A stretch of DNA of 27,429 nt, taken from the IMG/VR virus record IMGVR_UViG_3300009566_000010, positions 1 through 27,429 of that record, one strand, 5' to 3'. This DNA is from a virus (Duplodnaviria; Caudoviricetes). How positions within the stretch are numbered: the stretch's first letter is position 1; each line of letters begins with the position of its first letter. A model generated the notes under the pieces. The model made no database searches, was not told where the DNA came from, and worked only from the letters and a program-made list of their open reading frames with translations. The translations under genes and the position numbers were made by a program. Of this stretch, positions 8,793 through 17,655 are shown piece by piece.

Positions 8793-9387
8793 AGGAATCA
8801 ACCCCCGAAATCTCCACTCTTGTAAAATAATCTATCCTAAATTGTGAATGATCCACGATTTTTCGTTGTTTTTTCCAAACTCCATCACCATCACGCTGCG
8901 AACCTGCTAACTCGGATGTATTTGCCTCAATTGTTGTTCCTTCATTACCTTTCCAGCTCTTTACAATTCCAATGTGCCCTTTGTATGTATTTCCATTACG
9001 CCAAATCACAAGCCAACCCGCTGGGACTTGCTTATAACCCTTTGCCACATCCTTTGCTAAAATGCTTTTTTTTGTGATAAATGCCCGTGCCAGTCCGCTA
9101 CGAATTTGCGGGTAAGTTGCTTTGACGATGTTTAAAATAAAGCTTACTGCATACGCACAATATGGTTGCCCTTTGCGCCACCCAACTGATTTAAGCCCTT
9201 TCTCAAATTCTTTATTAGAAAATCCTGCATTATTCCCAATTTCTTTTGTTCCTATATATTTTTCAAACGCCAAAATCTGCGGTGGCTCAATCATATTCGA
9301 TTGAGTTTTAGTATCCGATTGTGCATTAGCGCACGAGCAGAACAGCAGCAAGAAAAATAACACTAATAGCAATAAGCGTGAGTCCAT
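8773..9387 (-). CDS. CHAP-domain endolysin with an N-terminal signal peptide
   Basis: Catalytic Cys (GQPYCAYAV), His (GHIGIV), TIEANT motif; hydrophobic N-terminus ending ANA/Q; alternative start at ATG 9294. Confidence 0.85.
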   Translation of the reverse strand: MDSRLLLLVLFFLLLFCSCANAQSDTKTQSNMIEPPQILAFEKYIGTKEIGNNAGFSNKEFEKGLKSVGWRKGQPYCAYAVSFILNIVKATYPQIRSGLARAFITKKSILAKDVAKGYKQVPAGWLVIWRNGNTYKGHIGIVKSWKGNEGTTIEANTSELAGSQRDGDGVWKKQRKIVDHSQFRIDYFTRVEISGVDSLSFRMK

Positions 9388-9589
9388 AATTATTTCCTTT
9401 TATAATTTGTTCAGAAAGATCTCCCGGTAACACATATTTATCGAATAATCCGAATAAAAATGCAAATAAACCTGTTATCAAAAATGCTTCGCCTATGACA
9501 GCAAAGCCTGGCGCATATTTCAGCAACGCAATTAATAATAACAAGCCAGCAATTGCAAGTATCCAAGTATATTTCCCTAAATTTTTCAT
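9326..9589 (-). CDS. Putative holin (3 predicted TM helices)
   Basis: 87 aa with three hydrophobic segments, immediately upstream of the endolysin. Confidence 0.65.
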   Translation of the reverse strand: MKNLGKYTWILAIAGLLLLIALLKYAPGFAVIGEAFLITGLFAFLFGLFDKYVLPGDLSEQIIKGNNYGLTLIAISVIFLAAVLLVR

Positions 9590-9819
9590 TATTTAATTCC
9601 CTCCAAGTCCCCTTTTTTTTTATTATTTAAAAAAAAATTATCTTTTAGTTTATCAATTTTATCATCAATTTTTTCGAGTGTTTCTTCTAATTTTTGAAAT
9701 CTTTCGTCTTGCCACTTCAATTTTTCTTCAATAACTGAAAGCCGATTATCTCGCTTCATAATGAAGAATCCCGCGCTACCTGCTACCATGACCCATTGTG
9801 CAATTGTGTTCCAATCCAT
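9589..9819 (-). CDS. Membrane-anchored coiled-coil lysis-module protein (holin/antiholin-like)
   Basis: One N-terminal TM helix followed by a coiled coil; stop overlaps the next start. Confidence 0.5.
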   Translation of the reverse strand: MDWNTIAQWVMVAGSAGFFIMKRDNRLSVIEEKLKWQDERFQKLEETLEKIDDKIDKLKDNFFLNNKKKGDLEGIK

Positions 9820-9850
9820 TTTTGTTTAATTTTTAATTTTAAATTGTTTT

Positions 9851-9876
9851 AAAACTCGGGGCAGTTGCCCACCCCG
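9851..9876 (-). terminator. Rho-independent terminator after the capsid gene
   Basis: CGGGGUGG-GCAA-CUGCCCCG then AGUUUU on the - strand. Confidence 0.7.
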
Positions 9877-9921
9877 GTTATCATTGTTCAATAAATAAGG
9901 AGTTATTTATGAAAAGAACTT

Positions 9922-10884
9922 CTATGCACTTAATCTAATACCAGCTATGCGTTTGAATGCTTTATCATTCAAAACTGCCATATCTACGTCAAACTCTACC
10001 ATCGTAACGTATTCTGTGCCAACTAGTCCTAAGTCTTTTATATCTAAACCAACATTTGTCGCGAATGTTACGTCTTGCATTTCGCCAAATCGCAATAAAT
10101 AAATTGATGTGCAATCCGAAGATGTGCCTTCTACTTCATTATTCGGTATCACTAACCCACTTGCATCTGCTTTGAAACCCGCATTTACTAAGGGAATACC
10201 TTTGTAACTTTTAACGACTTGGTTCGTTCCGTAGATATCCTGCGCAATGCTTGTATTCACAAAATTTTTGCCGATACTTTCTAATCTAGCAATGAAAGCA
10301 CCATTTGCCAATATAACCATCGGGCCATTCATCACATCTTCTATTTGTGAATCTAAAGTTTCTAAAAATGCCATCTGCGCTTTCACTTCAGTGTTGCCAT
10401 TGCCCGAAGGCAAAGAACCGCCATTATCCGAGCTATATACAATTTTCCTCGATAACGCTGTTGCTTGTTCTTTTATGCCACTAAATGTCTCAACACCTAA
10501 TTCATCATTAATTATAGCGTTCATAAAGTATCGTCCGAGCGATCGACTAAAATTAGCTAAATCCATAGCGCGTTGACTTCCAATATCAATTCCTCTTCGT
10601 TGATATGCTATATCTGTTTTAACTTTATCCCCATAAATTTTCAAAGCAATTGCCCCGAAACCAGGTGTATTTAATTTTGCTGTGTAATCTGTACCTATTG
10701 TCCTTGTGTCACCTGCTGTGATTCCTGCATCTACCTTACGTGGCGTATCTGCGTTACCTGTTATTTGATAAAATTCTATAAAATTCGCAAGCGGAAATTG
10801 ACTAACGAATTCTGATACTGCAAGTGTTTGCAATGCTTGAGGGGTATCGATAGACGATCCCTTCGAAATTTGATTAATTTTCAT
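9922..10884 (-). CDS. Major capsid protein (HK97-fold type)
   Basis: 320 aa; 'AIINDE...FSGI', 'SYKGIPLV', 'TSIYLLRFG', 'RIAGI' motifs; follows the scaffold gene, precedes a terminator. Confidence 0.8.
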   Translation of the reverse strand: MKINQISKGSSIDTPQALQTLAVSEFVSQFPLANFIEFYQITGNADTPRKVDAGITAGDTRTIGTDYTAKLNTPGFGAIALKIYGDKVKTDIAYQRRGIDIGSQRAMDLANFSRSLGRYFMNAIINDELGVETFSGIKEQATALSRKIVYSSDNGGSLPSGNGNTEVKAQMAFLETLDSQIEDVMNGPMVILANGAFIARLESIGKNFVNTSIAQDIYGTNQVVKSYKGIPLVNAGFKADASGLVIPNNEVEGTSSDCTSIYLLRFGEMQDVTFATNVGLDIKDLGLVGTEYVTMVEFDVDMAVLNDKAFKRIAGIRLSA

Positions 10885-10924
10885 TAATACCTCTTTTAAT
10901 TTTTAAATTCCTAATTTTTTATTC

Positions 10925-11179
10925 TTAATTTTCAGGCGTTATAATCGCCTGTTTGATTTTTTCTAAATATGCCAGCGCCTCAGCTGGAGCTCCCTCTTCA
11001 TTTAAACCTTCATTTACAGTTGTAAATTCCCCAGCGGATATTGTTGTCAAATCCAAACCTGAAATTCCTGCAAAAGCATAAGGTTCGATTTTTTCGATAT
11101 AACTGCGAAATTCAGGCGGCGAGCCACCTAAATTTTCAGCGGCACTCAATAAATCAACCGCGACTGTCATTAAACTCAT
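10925..11179 (-). CDS. Hypothetical head-module protein
   Basis: 84 aa with GGAG RBS, between scaffold and capsid genes. Confidence 0.6.
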   Translation of the reverse strand: MSLMTVAVDLLSAAENLGGSPPEFRSYIEKIEPYAFAGISGLDLTTISAGEFTTVNEGLNEEGAPAEALAYLEKIKQAIITPEN

Positions 11180-11189
11180 TTATTCTCCA

Positions 11190-11735
11190 TCAATTAATAT
11201 TCGTTTTAAATGCCTCTTTAGCATTTTCAATAAGAACGCTCCTGTCGAGGGTAGTATTTGTATTATTTTGTTTAATCTGCTGTGTAGGTAGCGTCTCAGC
11301 TTTTGCTAGCTTCGGCAGAGCTTCAATAATTTTGCTCCCTGATTCGAAATCTTTTTCAAGCATTGTTTTATAATTTTTTTTCAAATCCTCATTTTTTGGA
11401 GGAATCCGACCATCAGCTTGTGCTTCTTCGAGTAATTGGTTAATTTTTTCTATCCTGCTTTTTTCGGCTTCTGCTTTAATTGTCTCTTCACGCGCTTTGT
11501 CTTTTGCTTGCATTTCAGTGATGACATCTACCATTTTTTTGTTATCTTCAAGAAGCTTAGCAATTTGTGCCTCAAGCCGTTCAGTGCTATTTCCTGCAGC
11601 TGCGGGAATTGATGCCTGAATTGGCTCGGGCTTGTCTTTTATATTTTCCAAATCTTTTTCCATTTCTTCCAATTCTTTTATTTTATCAGCATCACCTGCA
11701 AACAATGTTTTGAGCATTTGAATTAACTTTTTCAT
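11190..11735 (-). CDS. Capsid scaffolding protein
   Basis: Coiled coil plus 'EEAQADGRIPP' motif like the scaffold part of Mu-like gpI/Z; no protease domain recognised. Confidence 0.7.
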   Translation of the reverse strand: MKKLIQMLKTLFAGDADKIKELEEMEKDLENIKDKPEPIQASIPAAAGNSTERLEAQIAKLLEDNKKMVDVITEMQAKDKAREETIKAEAEKSRIEKINQLLEEAQADGRIPPKNEDLKKNYKTMLEKDFESGSKIIEALPKLAKAETLPTQQIKQNNTNTTLDRSVLIENAKEAFKTNIN

Positions 11736-11755
11736 AAAAATTTTCTTATTTTTTA

Positions 11756-11835
11756 CAAAATTATTTAGTTTGATACTCGCATTCTACCTAAATGCGTAAA
11801 TTGATTTATAATTAAGAGATTTTACCCCAATTTTG
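11756..11835. promoter_or_regulatory. Divergent late promoter region (capsid/tail vs packaging operons)
   Basis: TAATTTTG on the - strand (11763-11756), CAATTTTG on the + strand (11828-11835), inverted repeat CGCATT-N7-AATGCG (11778-11796) between them. Confidence 0.5.
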
Positions 11836-11862
11836 TAATAAATTTAAAAAGCAAAATCGATA

Positions 11863-12117
11863 ATGAGATTAATTGAATGCGATGTGGTTGTAAATAATGA
11901 TAGCGTTGATGGAATCGAAAATACTGAATTGCGAACTGCTATTATCGATTTCGACGAGGTGCATTTCGCATATACACTAATTGACAGCAATTACACTATG
12001 TTATGTAATGCGCTTGGCGATCCGATTTTTAGCGTGCATTTGAAATTAAATACTATAAAGCAGTTGCTGCCTCAACCTATTGTTAAAATTGGATATGATA
12101 ATTATGCGAAAAATTAA
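11863..12117 (+). CDS. Hypothetical protein
   Basis: 84 aa, ATG start, first gene of the + strand block, overlaps the next gene. Confidence 0.55.
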   Translation: MRLIECDVVVNNDSVDGIENTELRTAIIDFDEVHFAYTLIDSNYTMLCNALGDPIFSVHLKLNTIKQLLPQPIVKIGYDNYAKN

Positions 12118-12601
12118 AGCACCACAATTAACAGTACAAAAACAAAAGCGAATTGCAAAATTTAAGGAATTGCATCCGAATATGACGTATTCGGAAGTAG
12201 CGGCGCAATTCAATTGTACCTACGACCAAGCACGGCATTCGCACATAAGATATTTAGATGGCAAGCTCAGCCGTATCAAACCAAAATTCAAAGTTGCAAA
12301 TGTTGAGGATGTTAAAAAAGAATTTACTCCTGACGAGCTATTAGAAAGGCAATACCATCAAGCAATTGCCCAGCTTGAAAGTGAAAAACGCATATCTACC
12401 GAGGAACGCATCAGTATGCTTGACAAATTAACAACTATACGCAAGACATTGCAACAAATTAGGCTTGAGAATTTTTTAAAACGGGCAGATGCGGGAATTA
12501 TAAGTATTATAATTAAACAATTTAAAGCTGACGCCACTGATGAGGATGTCAAGAAAATTTATTTGAGTGCGGTTGAAAAATATAAATTGGAAAGCAAGTG
12601 A
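12104..12601 (+). CDS. Probable terminase small subunit (HTH plus helical region)
   Basis: HTH 'MTYSEVAAQFNCTYDQAR'; stop overlaps the TerL start (GTGA); ATG 12104 preferred over track TTG 12080. Confidence 0.6.
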   Translation: MRKIKAPQLTVQKQKRIAKFKELHPNMTYSEVAAQFNCTYDQARHSHIRYLDGKLSRIKPKFKVANVEDVKKEFTPDELLERQYHQAIAQLESEKRISTEERISMLDKLTTIRKTLQQIRLENFLKRADAGIISIIIKQFKADATDEDVKKIYLSAVEKYKLESK

Positions 12602-14142
12602 AAGAATTTTCAGGTTTAAATATTGTAATGCAGCAATTTGAAGAGGAAATTGAGCGTAAGCAATTGCTTGAGCCTGCTCAACCTTTTTCGCCTATCGAAA
12701 TGACCGACTCTGCAAGGCAAAAGCGACTTGCTTCAGGGATAAAAGATTTTTGGAAATTCGATGAATTTTATTTTACAACAGAAATGTATTCAGATGGTTA
12801 TTCTAAACCTGCTCAATTTCATAAAGATATAATAAAATTGATCCAGAAACAGGGAGTTGATGTTATTCTCGGTGCAAGGAAGCACGGTAAAACCGCTACT
12901 GCTAAGAAAGGATTTGTCTGGCTGATTTTAAACAAAATTAAATTTGGCGCGACTCTTTCTTCAACGTTGCCCGTCTCTCGAAATATCCTTGCAGACATCG
13001 CTGAATTATTGCACAATCCACGAATTGAATTTGATTATCAAATTGAATTTATCGAAGAGAACGCAGACCAAATTACGTTCAGACTGGCGGGCAAACGCGG
13101 ACTTAAACGGATAATAGCACTCTCTGAAGGACGTTCTGCGCGTGGTGCTACTTTCGGTTTTGCTAGGCCTGAATTCGTTTTATGCGACGATATCGAAACT
13201 CTGCAAAGTCCCTTATCTGCACAGCACACTGAATCTCGTATTAATCTTATTTCTGAGACATTTCATTCGCTTTCGAAAATGGGATCAATATTGATCTTAG
13301 GCAATAATTTCGATGAGCGTTGCGCTTTGAATAGATTGCTAATTGAACAAAACGAAGGGATTTTAGACAAAAATTGGCGAGTGCATAGATATCCTGCTTG
13401 GGATGGCAAACCACTTTGGAAGGAAAGATTTCCCGTCAAATCTGAAAACGAATTGAAGGAACTACTTAAATGTCGAACGGAATCGGAATGGCTTGCTGAA
13501 TTTCAGCAAACACCCGCTCCACCCGATGGTATTATCTTCCGTCGTCCTGAAAAGTTGCCGATATGGACGAGCATACCCGCTGATGCACGTGGAGTAATTT
13601 ATTGCGATCCAAATTTAGCAAAAAAAGGACGAGGAGACAGCACCGCTGTTGTTTCTCTATTATATAGCCCCAGCACCGATAATTACTATATTTCCGATTT
13701 TGTTTGCAAAAGTTTTTCTGATTCAAATAAATTGCTTGATGCAATTTTTAAAATGAAAAATGAGCATCATCGGGCCATTGGTTTTGACGGCAATGTTAAC
13801 CAGGAATCGACCTGGACAAATAACGTGCGTAATTGGTGCCAGCTTAAAGGTATTCCATTCCCGCGTATTCAATATTGTAAATATCATACTGATGAGCTAG
13901 CTAAAAATATCCAGGGTGCCTGGAATGATGGCAAAATTTTATTACCTGAAAATATAGCATATTCAGAAGAAGGCAAAAGATTTTTAACTCAGATTTTTGC
14001 TTTTCAAGGCAAAAAAGCAAATTTGGCAGATGATGCACCTGATGCCTTAATCTGCGCATTCGAATTAATTCATGAGCGGAAACTAGGCAGACGCGCAAGC
14101 TTAAATATGCCAACTACAATTATTAATGATTATTATTTTTAA
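12598..14142 (+). CDS. terL: Terminase large subunit
   Basis: Walker A GARKHGKT, Walker B VLCDDIE, nuclease motifs YCDP, GDSTA and DDAPDAL. Confidence 0.92.
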   Translation: MKEFSGLNIVMQQFEEEIERKQLLEPAQPFSPIEMTDSARQKRLASGIKDFWKFDEFYFTTEMYSDGYSKPAQFHKDIIKLIQKQGVDVILGARKHGKTATAKKGFVWLILNKIKFGATLSSTLPVSRNILADIAELLHNPRIEFDYQIEFIEENADQITFRLAGKRGLKRIIALSEGRSARGATFGFARPEFVLCDDIETLQSPLSAQHTESRINLISETFHSLSKMGSILILGNNFDERCALNRLLIEQNEGILDKNWRVHRYPAWDGKPLWKERFPVKSENELKELLKCRTESEWLAEFQQTPAPPDGIIFRRPEKLPIWTSIPADARGVIYCDPNLAKKGRGDSTAVVSLLYSPSTDNYYISDFVCKSFSDSNKLLDAIFKMKNEHHRAIGFDGNVNQESTWTNNVRNWCQLKGIPFPRIQYCKYHTDELAKNIQGAWNDGKILLPENIAYSEEGKRFLTQIFAFQGKKANLADDAPDALICAFELIHERKLGRRASLNMPTTIINDYYF

Positions 14143-14150
14143 TAAATATA

Positions 14151-14498
14151 ATGATAGAATTAACTGAAATAAAAGAATTAATACCCTCAAGCCTTTACAG
14201 CTGGTTGAATAAAGAAGGGCATTATGACCGCCCGAAACAGCAGGCGTTGGAACTCATTAAAAACGAGACGGGCATTACTATTGAAGATCCCCGTCCGGAT
14301 GGTATGGATTGGATGCTCACACCTTTTGCATTTTTAATCGAATATCTTGCTGGCGACGCTCTCCCTGGGGTTTCAGCCGAATATGAGCAAAGAAGACAAG
14401 CAAAGTTTGAAAAAGCATTTGTCCTTTTGAAAGCACATAAAATTACAACTCGCGTTGGAGCGCAGGCAGTTTTCGGACAAATTGATGGACTTTATTAA
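14151..14498 (+). CDS. Putative head-tail adaptor (Mu gp36-like)
   Basis: 115-aa helical protein; size and position in the packaging block. Confidence 0.5.
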   Translation: MIELTEIKELIPSSLYSWLNKEGHYDRPKQQALELIKNETGITIEDPRPDGMDWMLTPFAFLIEYLAGDALPGVSAEYEQRRQAKFEKAFVLLKAHKITTRVGAQAVFGQIDGLY

Positions 14499-14521
14499 TT
14501 ACGAATTAAAAATTATAGATT

Positions 14522-14935
14522 ATGACATTACGAGAAATTTCAAATATTTTGCTCGAAAATATGAAAGAAAATTCAGGGGCAATTGGCTGCGCGACAGATA
14601 ACATCAGATTAGGGAAAGCAATGGAAATGCCTTCCGAAGCACCATTTGTTTGGCTTTATTCTGAACCAAAGGATTTATTGATTGAAAGTAGGAATTTTAT
14701 AGCAAGCGGTCAAATTACATTGTTTTGCGGAGTTCAGAGCGAACTAATTGAAAATAGCAGAATCGATGCAATAGAACTCGCGGAGAGAGTCTATCGAATA
14801 CTTGCCAGCACGGCGACCATTGAATTTGAAGACATCAAAATTTCATTTGACAATTACTATAACGATATCGCACCGTCCATAGCGGTGGCGGTTGTCGAAA
14901 TATCAATTATTTATGAATTAACTAATTTATTATGA
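14522..14935 (+). CDS. Putative tail terminator/neck protein (Mu gp37-like)
   Basis: 137 aa; 'APFVWLY...ITLF...AIELAERVYRIL' alpha/beta pattern typical of tail terminators. Confidence 0.5.
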   Translation: MTLREISNILLENMKENSGAIGCATDNIRLGKAMEMPSEAPFVWLYSEPKDLLIESRNFIASGQITLFCGVQSELIENSRIDAIELAERVYRILASTATIEFEDIKISFDNYYNDIAPSIAVAVVEISIIYELTNLL

Positions 14936-16050
14936 AATATCCAACTGTTGATAAATATAATAAAATGCTCGACGCTATTGATGGCGCCAAATCAGACGAA
15001 AGAGATATGTCTGAGCTTATTAAATTATTTGACCAATTTGCAACTGCGAATCCTCGTATCCGTGGGCACATTTTATCTCGGCGTGCAGCAATTACAAGTT
15101 GGGATTTTCAAATTGTTGCATTCGATAAAAGCGACGATGAAAAAGCAGCAGAGGTTGAGCGTAGACTTAAATCTGCCTTGGGAATGATTATCAAGCGATC
15201 AATTTACAAAGCAATCTACGGAATGTTCGCAGTCGCTTTGGAATGGCGGAACTCACCTGGAATTGGATTTGTGCCAGTTGTCACACCTGTATCAAATTCA
15301 ATTCTCCTACCCGCAAGCAATACAACTGTATATCAAAGAATTGAAAATAAAATAAGTGAAATAGGGCTTGACAATAGATTTATAGCAGGTAGCGATGATG
15401 GATTGCCAGGCGGGCAGATGCGTTCTGTTGGCATTTTTGAGATATTCCGATCAGATATGATGATTGAATGGGCTAATTATAACCGCAAATTAAAAGGCAT
15501 TATACAAGGCGTTGAGCATGGGGCAAGTGATCAAGAACGTGCAGCAGCTGTGCAGGCATTGCAATCCGCAGTTAGCAATAATTACATTCTGACATCCGAT
15601 TTAATTGAATTTTTCTTTCATTCAATTACGCAAGGTGGAGCAGGGGAGTCATTCAAATCGATGCTTGAGCATATCGATGATACTATTGCAATTGCAATGC
15701 TTGGACAGGCAAATACTGTCGATATGCCCAAGAAATATGGCAGCCGAGCTGGGTTGGAAGTGCAAGAGCGAATTTCTGCCGATATTATGTGGGAAGATTT
15801 AAATAATGCTCTGCTTGCGGGGAATCAATTGATTGAGCATGATTATAATTTGTCATATCGGGGGCAGACACAAGTGCCTTGGGGTCTCAAATTTATAACA
15901 AATGAGGGAGATGATGCGGAAAGGAATGTCACAATTATATCAGATGCATTAGCCGCAGGCATTGATTTAAAACGAACGGAGGTTTATGAAAAAATTGGCT
16001 TCACACCTCCCGCGGTTGAAGATGATGTAATTCAAGGAGCAGGGTCTTGA
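14932..16050 (+). CDS. Portal protein, Mu gp29/DUF935-like
   Basis: 'RIRGHILSRRAAITSWDFQI', 'IAIAMLGQ', 'GSRAGLEVQERISADI' match remembered DUF935 motifs. Confidence 0.85.
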   Translation: MKYPTVDKYNKMLDAIDGAKSDERDMSELIKLFDQFATANPRIRGHILSRRAAITSWDFQIVAFDKSDDEKAAEVERRLKSALGMIIKRSIYKAIYGMFAVALEWRNSPGIGFVPVVTPVSNSILLPASNTTVYQRIENKISEIGLDNRFIAGSDDGLPGGQMRSVGIFEIFRSDMMIEWANYNRKLKGIIQGVEHGASDQERAAAVQALQSAVSNNYILTSDLIEFFFHSITQGGAGESFKSMLEHIDDTIAIAMLGQANTVDMPKKYGSRAGLEVQERISADIMWEDLNNALLAGNQLIEHDYNLSYRGQTQVPWGLKFITNEGDDAERNVTIISDALAAGIDLKRTEVYEKIGFTPPAVEDDVIQGAGS

Positions 16051-16592
16051 AATTAATTGAAAAAATCGGATTTTACGGAATCGAATTAATTGAAGAACAA
16101 ATTGAGAAGGGCATTGATATCGAAGGTAAGCCTTACCATTATTCAACTAAACCTTTTGGGATGCCTGTTGGTAATAAATTAGTTGGTTTTAAAAAATTGC
16201 AAAAAGAGGGAAGATTGAAGGTATATACATCAAATAAAACGGGCAAATTATGGCAGGTAGTTATGGGTGGGTATAGAGATTGGCGAATTCTTAATAAACG
16301 CGAGCCCGATAAAGACTTCTTGCAATGGTCAGGTGCAATGTTGCGTTCTTTAAGCTCCAGGGCTGAATCTGATACACGTTCTGTAATTTATTTCATTTCA
16401 CCCGAGCAATCTCAAAAAGCTTATTGGTTCAATATCTCCGGTGTTGGAAAATCCCGGAAATTGTGGAAATTCCTGGGCTGGACAGAAGCAAATAAAAAAA
16501 GGCTCGCAGAATATGCTGCAAGCCTTGTACCTAACGATCCTGAATTTGTTAAAAAAATTACGGAACAAATTAAAAATCAATGGGGGTTGTGA
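16047..16592 (+). CDS. Virion morphogenesis protein (Mu gpG-like)
   Basis: 'LQWSGAMLRSL' and 'RKLWKFLGW' motifs; TTG start overlaps the portal stop. Confidence 0.6.
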   Translation: MKLIEKIGFYGIELIEEQIEKGIDIEGKPYHYSTKPFGMPVGNKLVGFKKLQKEGRLKVYTSNKTGKLWQVVMGGYRDWRILNKREPDKDFLQWSGAMLRSLSSRAESDTRSVIYFISPEQSQKAYWFNISGVGKSRKLWKFLGWTEANKKRLAEYAASLVPNDPEFVKKITEQIKNQWGL

Positions 16593-17058
16593 TTGGATAT
16601 TTTGTTCCTGTTTTTATCAAAGAATCAAATGCAATTTGATATGTCAATTTAAAGTCAGGATTTTGGAACCACTGAGAATGCAAGTCAGGTATTATTCCAA
16701 GAATGTTGTAAAATTGCAAAGAATCTTCAGATTTGTTTAGCATTTCAAAATCTAACTCGGCAATTCTTTTTCCCTCATTGAGTCCTATTCGCTTTTTAGC
16801 TAAAAAGATGCAAGTTTTAGCATTTTTTTCAAATTCTGACATTTCTTTTTCATCAAAATTGCGTACTGTAGCATTCATTTTAGCAGCATCATAGTTTAAA
16901 TCGACATAATCAATCTGCGATATCAAAGTAATTGTGTCCAATCCTTTGCAGAATTCTTCTGATAGCGTTTCGACTTTTGATTTTCCGCACGAAATCAGAG
17001 ACAATAAGCTAATAATTGCAAGTGCAATTATAGATGAGTTTTTGTTAAATTTTTTCAT
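16570..17058 (-). CDS. Accessory lipoprotein
   Basis: Signal peptide with lipobox LISC-G; AAGGAG RBS; converges on and overlaps the gpG-like gene. Confidence 0.7.
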   Translation of the reverse strand: MKKFNKNSSIIALAIISLLSLISCGKSKVETLSEEFCKGLDTITLISQIDYVDLNYDAAKMNATVRNFDEKEMSEFEKNAKTCIFLAKKRIGLNEGKRIAELDFEMLNKSEDSLQFYNILGIIPDLHSQWFQNPDFKLTYQIAFDSLIKTGTKYPITTPIDF

Positions 17059-17085
17059 AATAACTCCTTTTTTAAACGAAATTTT

Positions 17086-17295
17086 TCAATTTTTTCTATT
17101 TTTTGTTTTGTAATATAATAATAATTTATCTAATGTAGATTGCGATAAATAACGCTTGTATCCATCTGTTGTAAATGGATAGATCGCGGGATAATTATTG
17201 AGCAAATATTGTATAGCGTTTTTGCTAACTTTTATGTCGCGTTCGCCGAGGTAAGCAACTACTTGTTTAACTGTAAATTTTTGTTTGTCTTTCAT
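17086..17295 (-). CDS. Small basic HTH DNA-binding protein (MerR/excisionase-like)
   Basis: 'FTVKQVVAYL...VSKNAIQYLL...GYKRYL' winged-HTH pattern. Confidence 0.6.
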   Translation of the reverse strand: MKDKQKFTVKQVVAYLGERDIKVSKNAIQYLLNNYPAIYPFTTDGYKRYLSQSTLDKLLLYYKTKNRKN

Positions 17296-17318
17296 TCAAT
17301 TAAATTTTTGAATAATAA

Positions 17319-17654
17319 TTATAATTTAATAGCAAATCGATATTTTAGATATTTGGTCAGATGACCACGTGGCGCTAAGGCTATGCCTATGTAGGAATCA
17401 TCATCCCACGCATTTGGGGTTGTAAATTTCACGTCAAATTTCAAAGCAAAGCCTGGTCTACCATTACAGTCGTAATAATTAGCTGAAACGGCAGTTACTT
17501 CGGGTATTATTTCACGAATTCTGTCAAAAAAATCTTCTTGTATCGTGCAATAGCCCTGGGATTGCTTTGCAGCAGCTTGGAAAATCTCTTCAGCCAGCTT
17601 ATCAAGTTGGGATTTTTGCTGCTCGGACAATTCAATAATTTTTGATGTTTTCAT
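17319..17654 (-). CDS. Hypothetical accessory protein
   Basis: 111 aa, AGGAG RBS inside the upstream gene end. Confidence 0.7.
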   Translation of the reverse strand: MKTSKIIELSEQQKSQLDKLAEEIFQAAAKQSQGYCTIQEDFFDRIREIIPEVTAVSANYYDCNGRPGFALKFDVKFTTPNAWDDDSYIGIALAPRGHLTKYLKYRFAIKL

Positions 17655-17655
17655 T

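Noticed and set aside
11790-16600. Invertase-controlled invertible segment explaining the strand switch
   Set aside because: No recombinase gene and no matching inverted repeats seen at the boundaries
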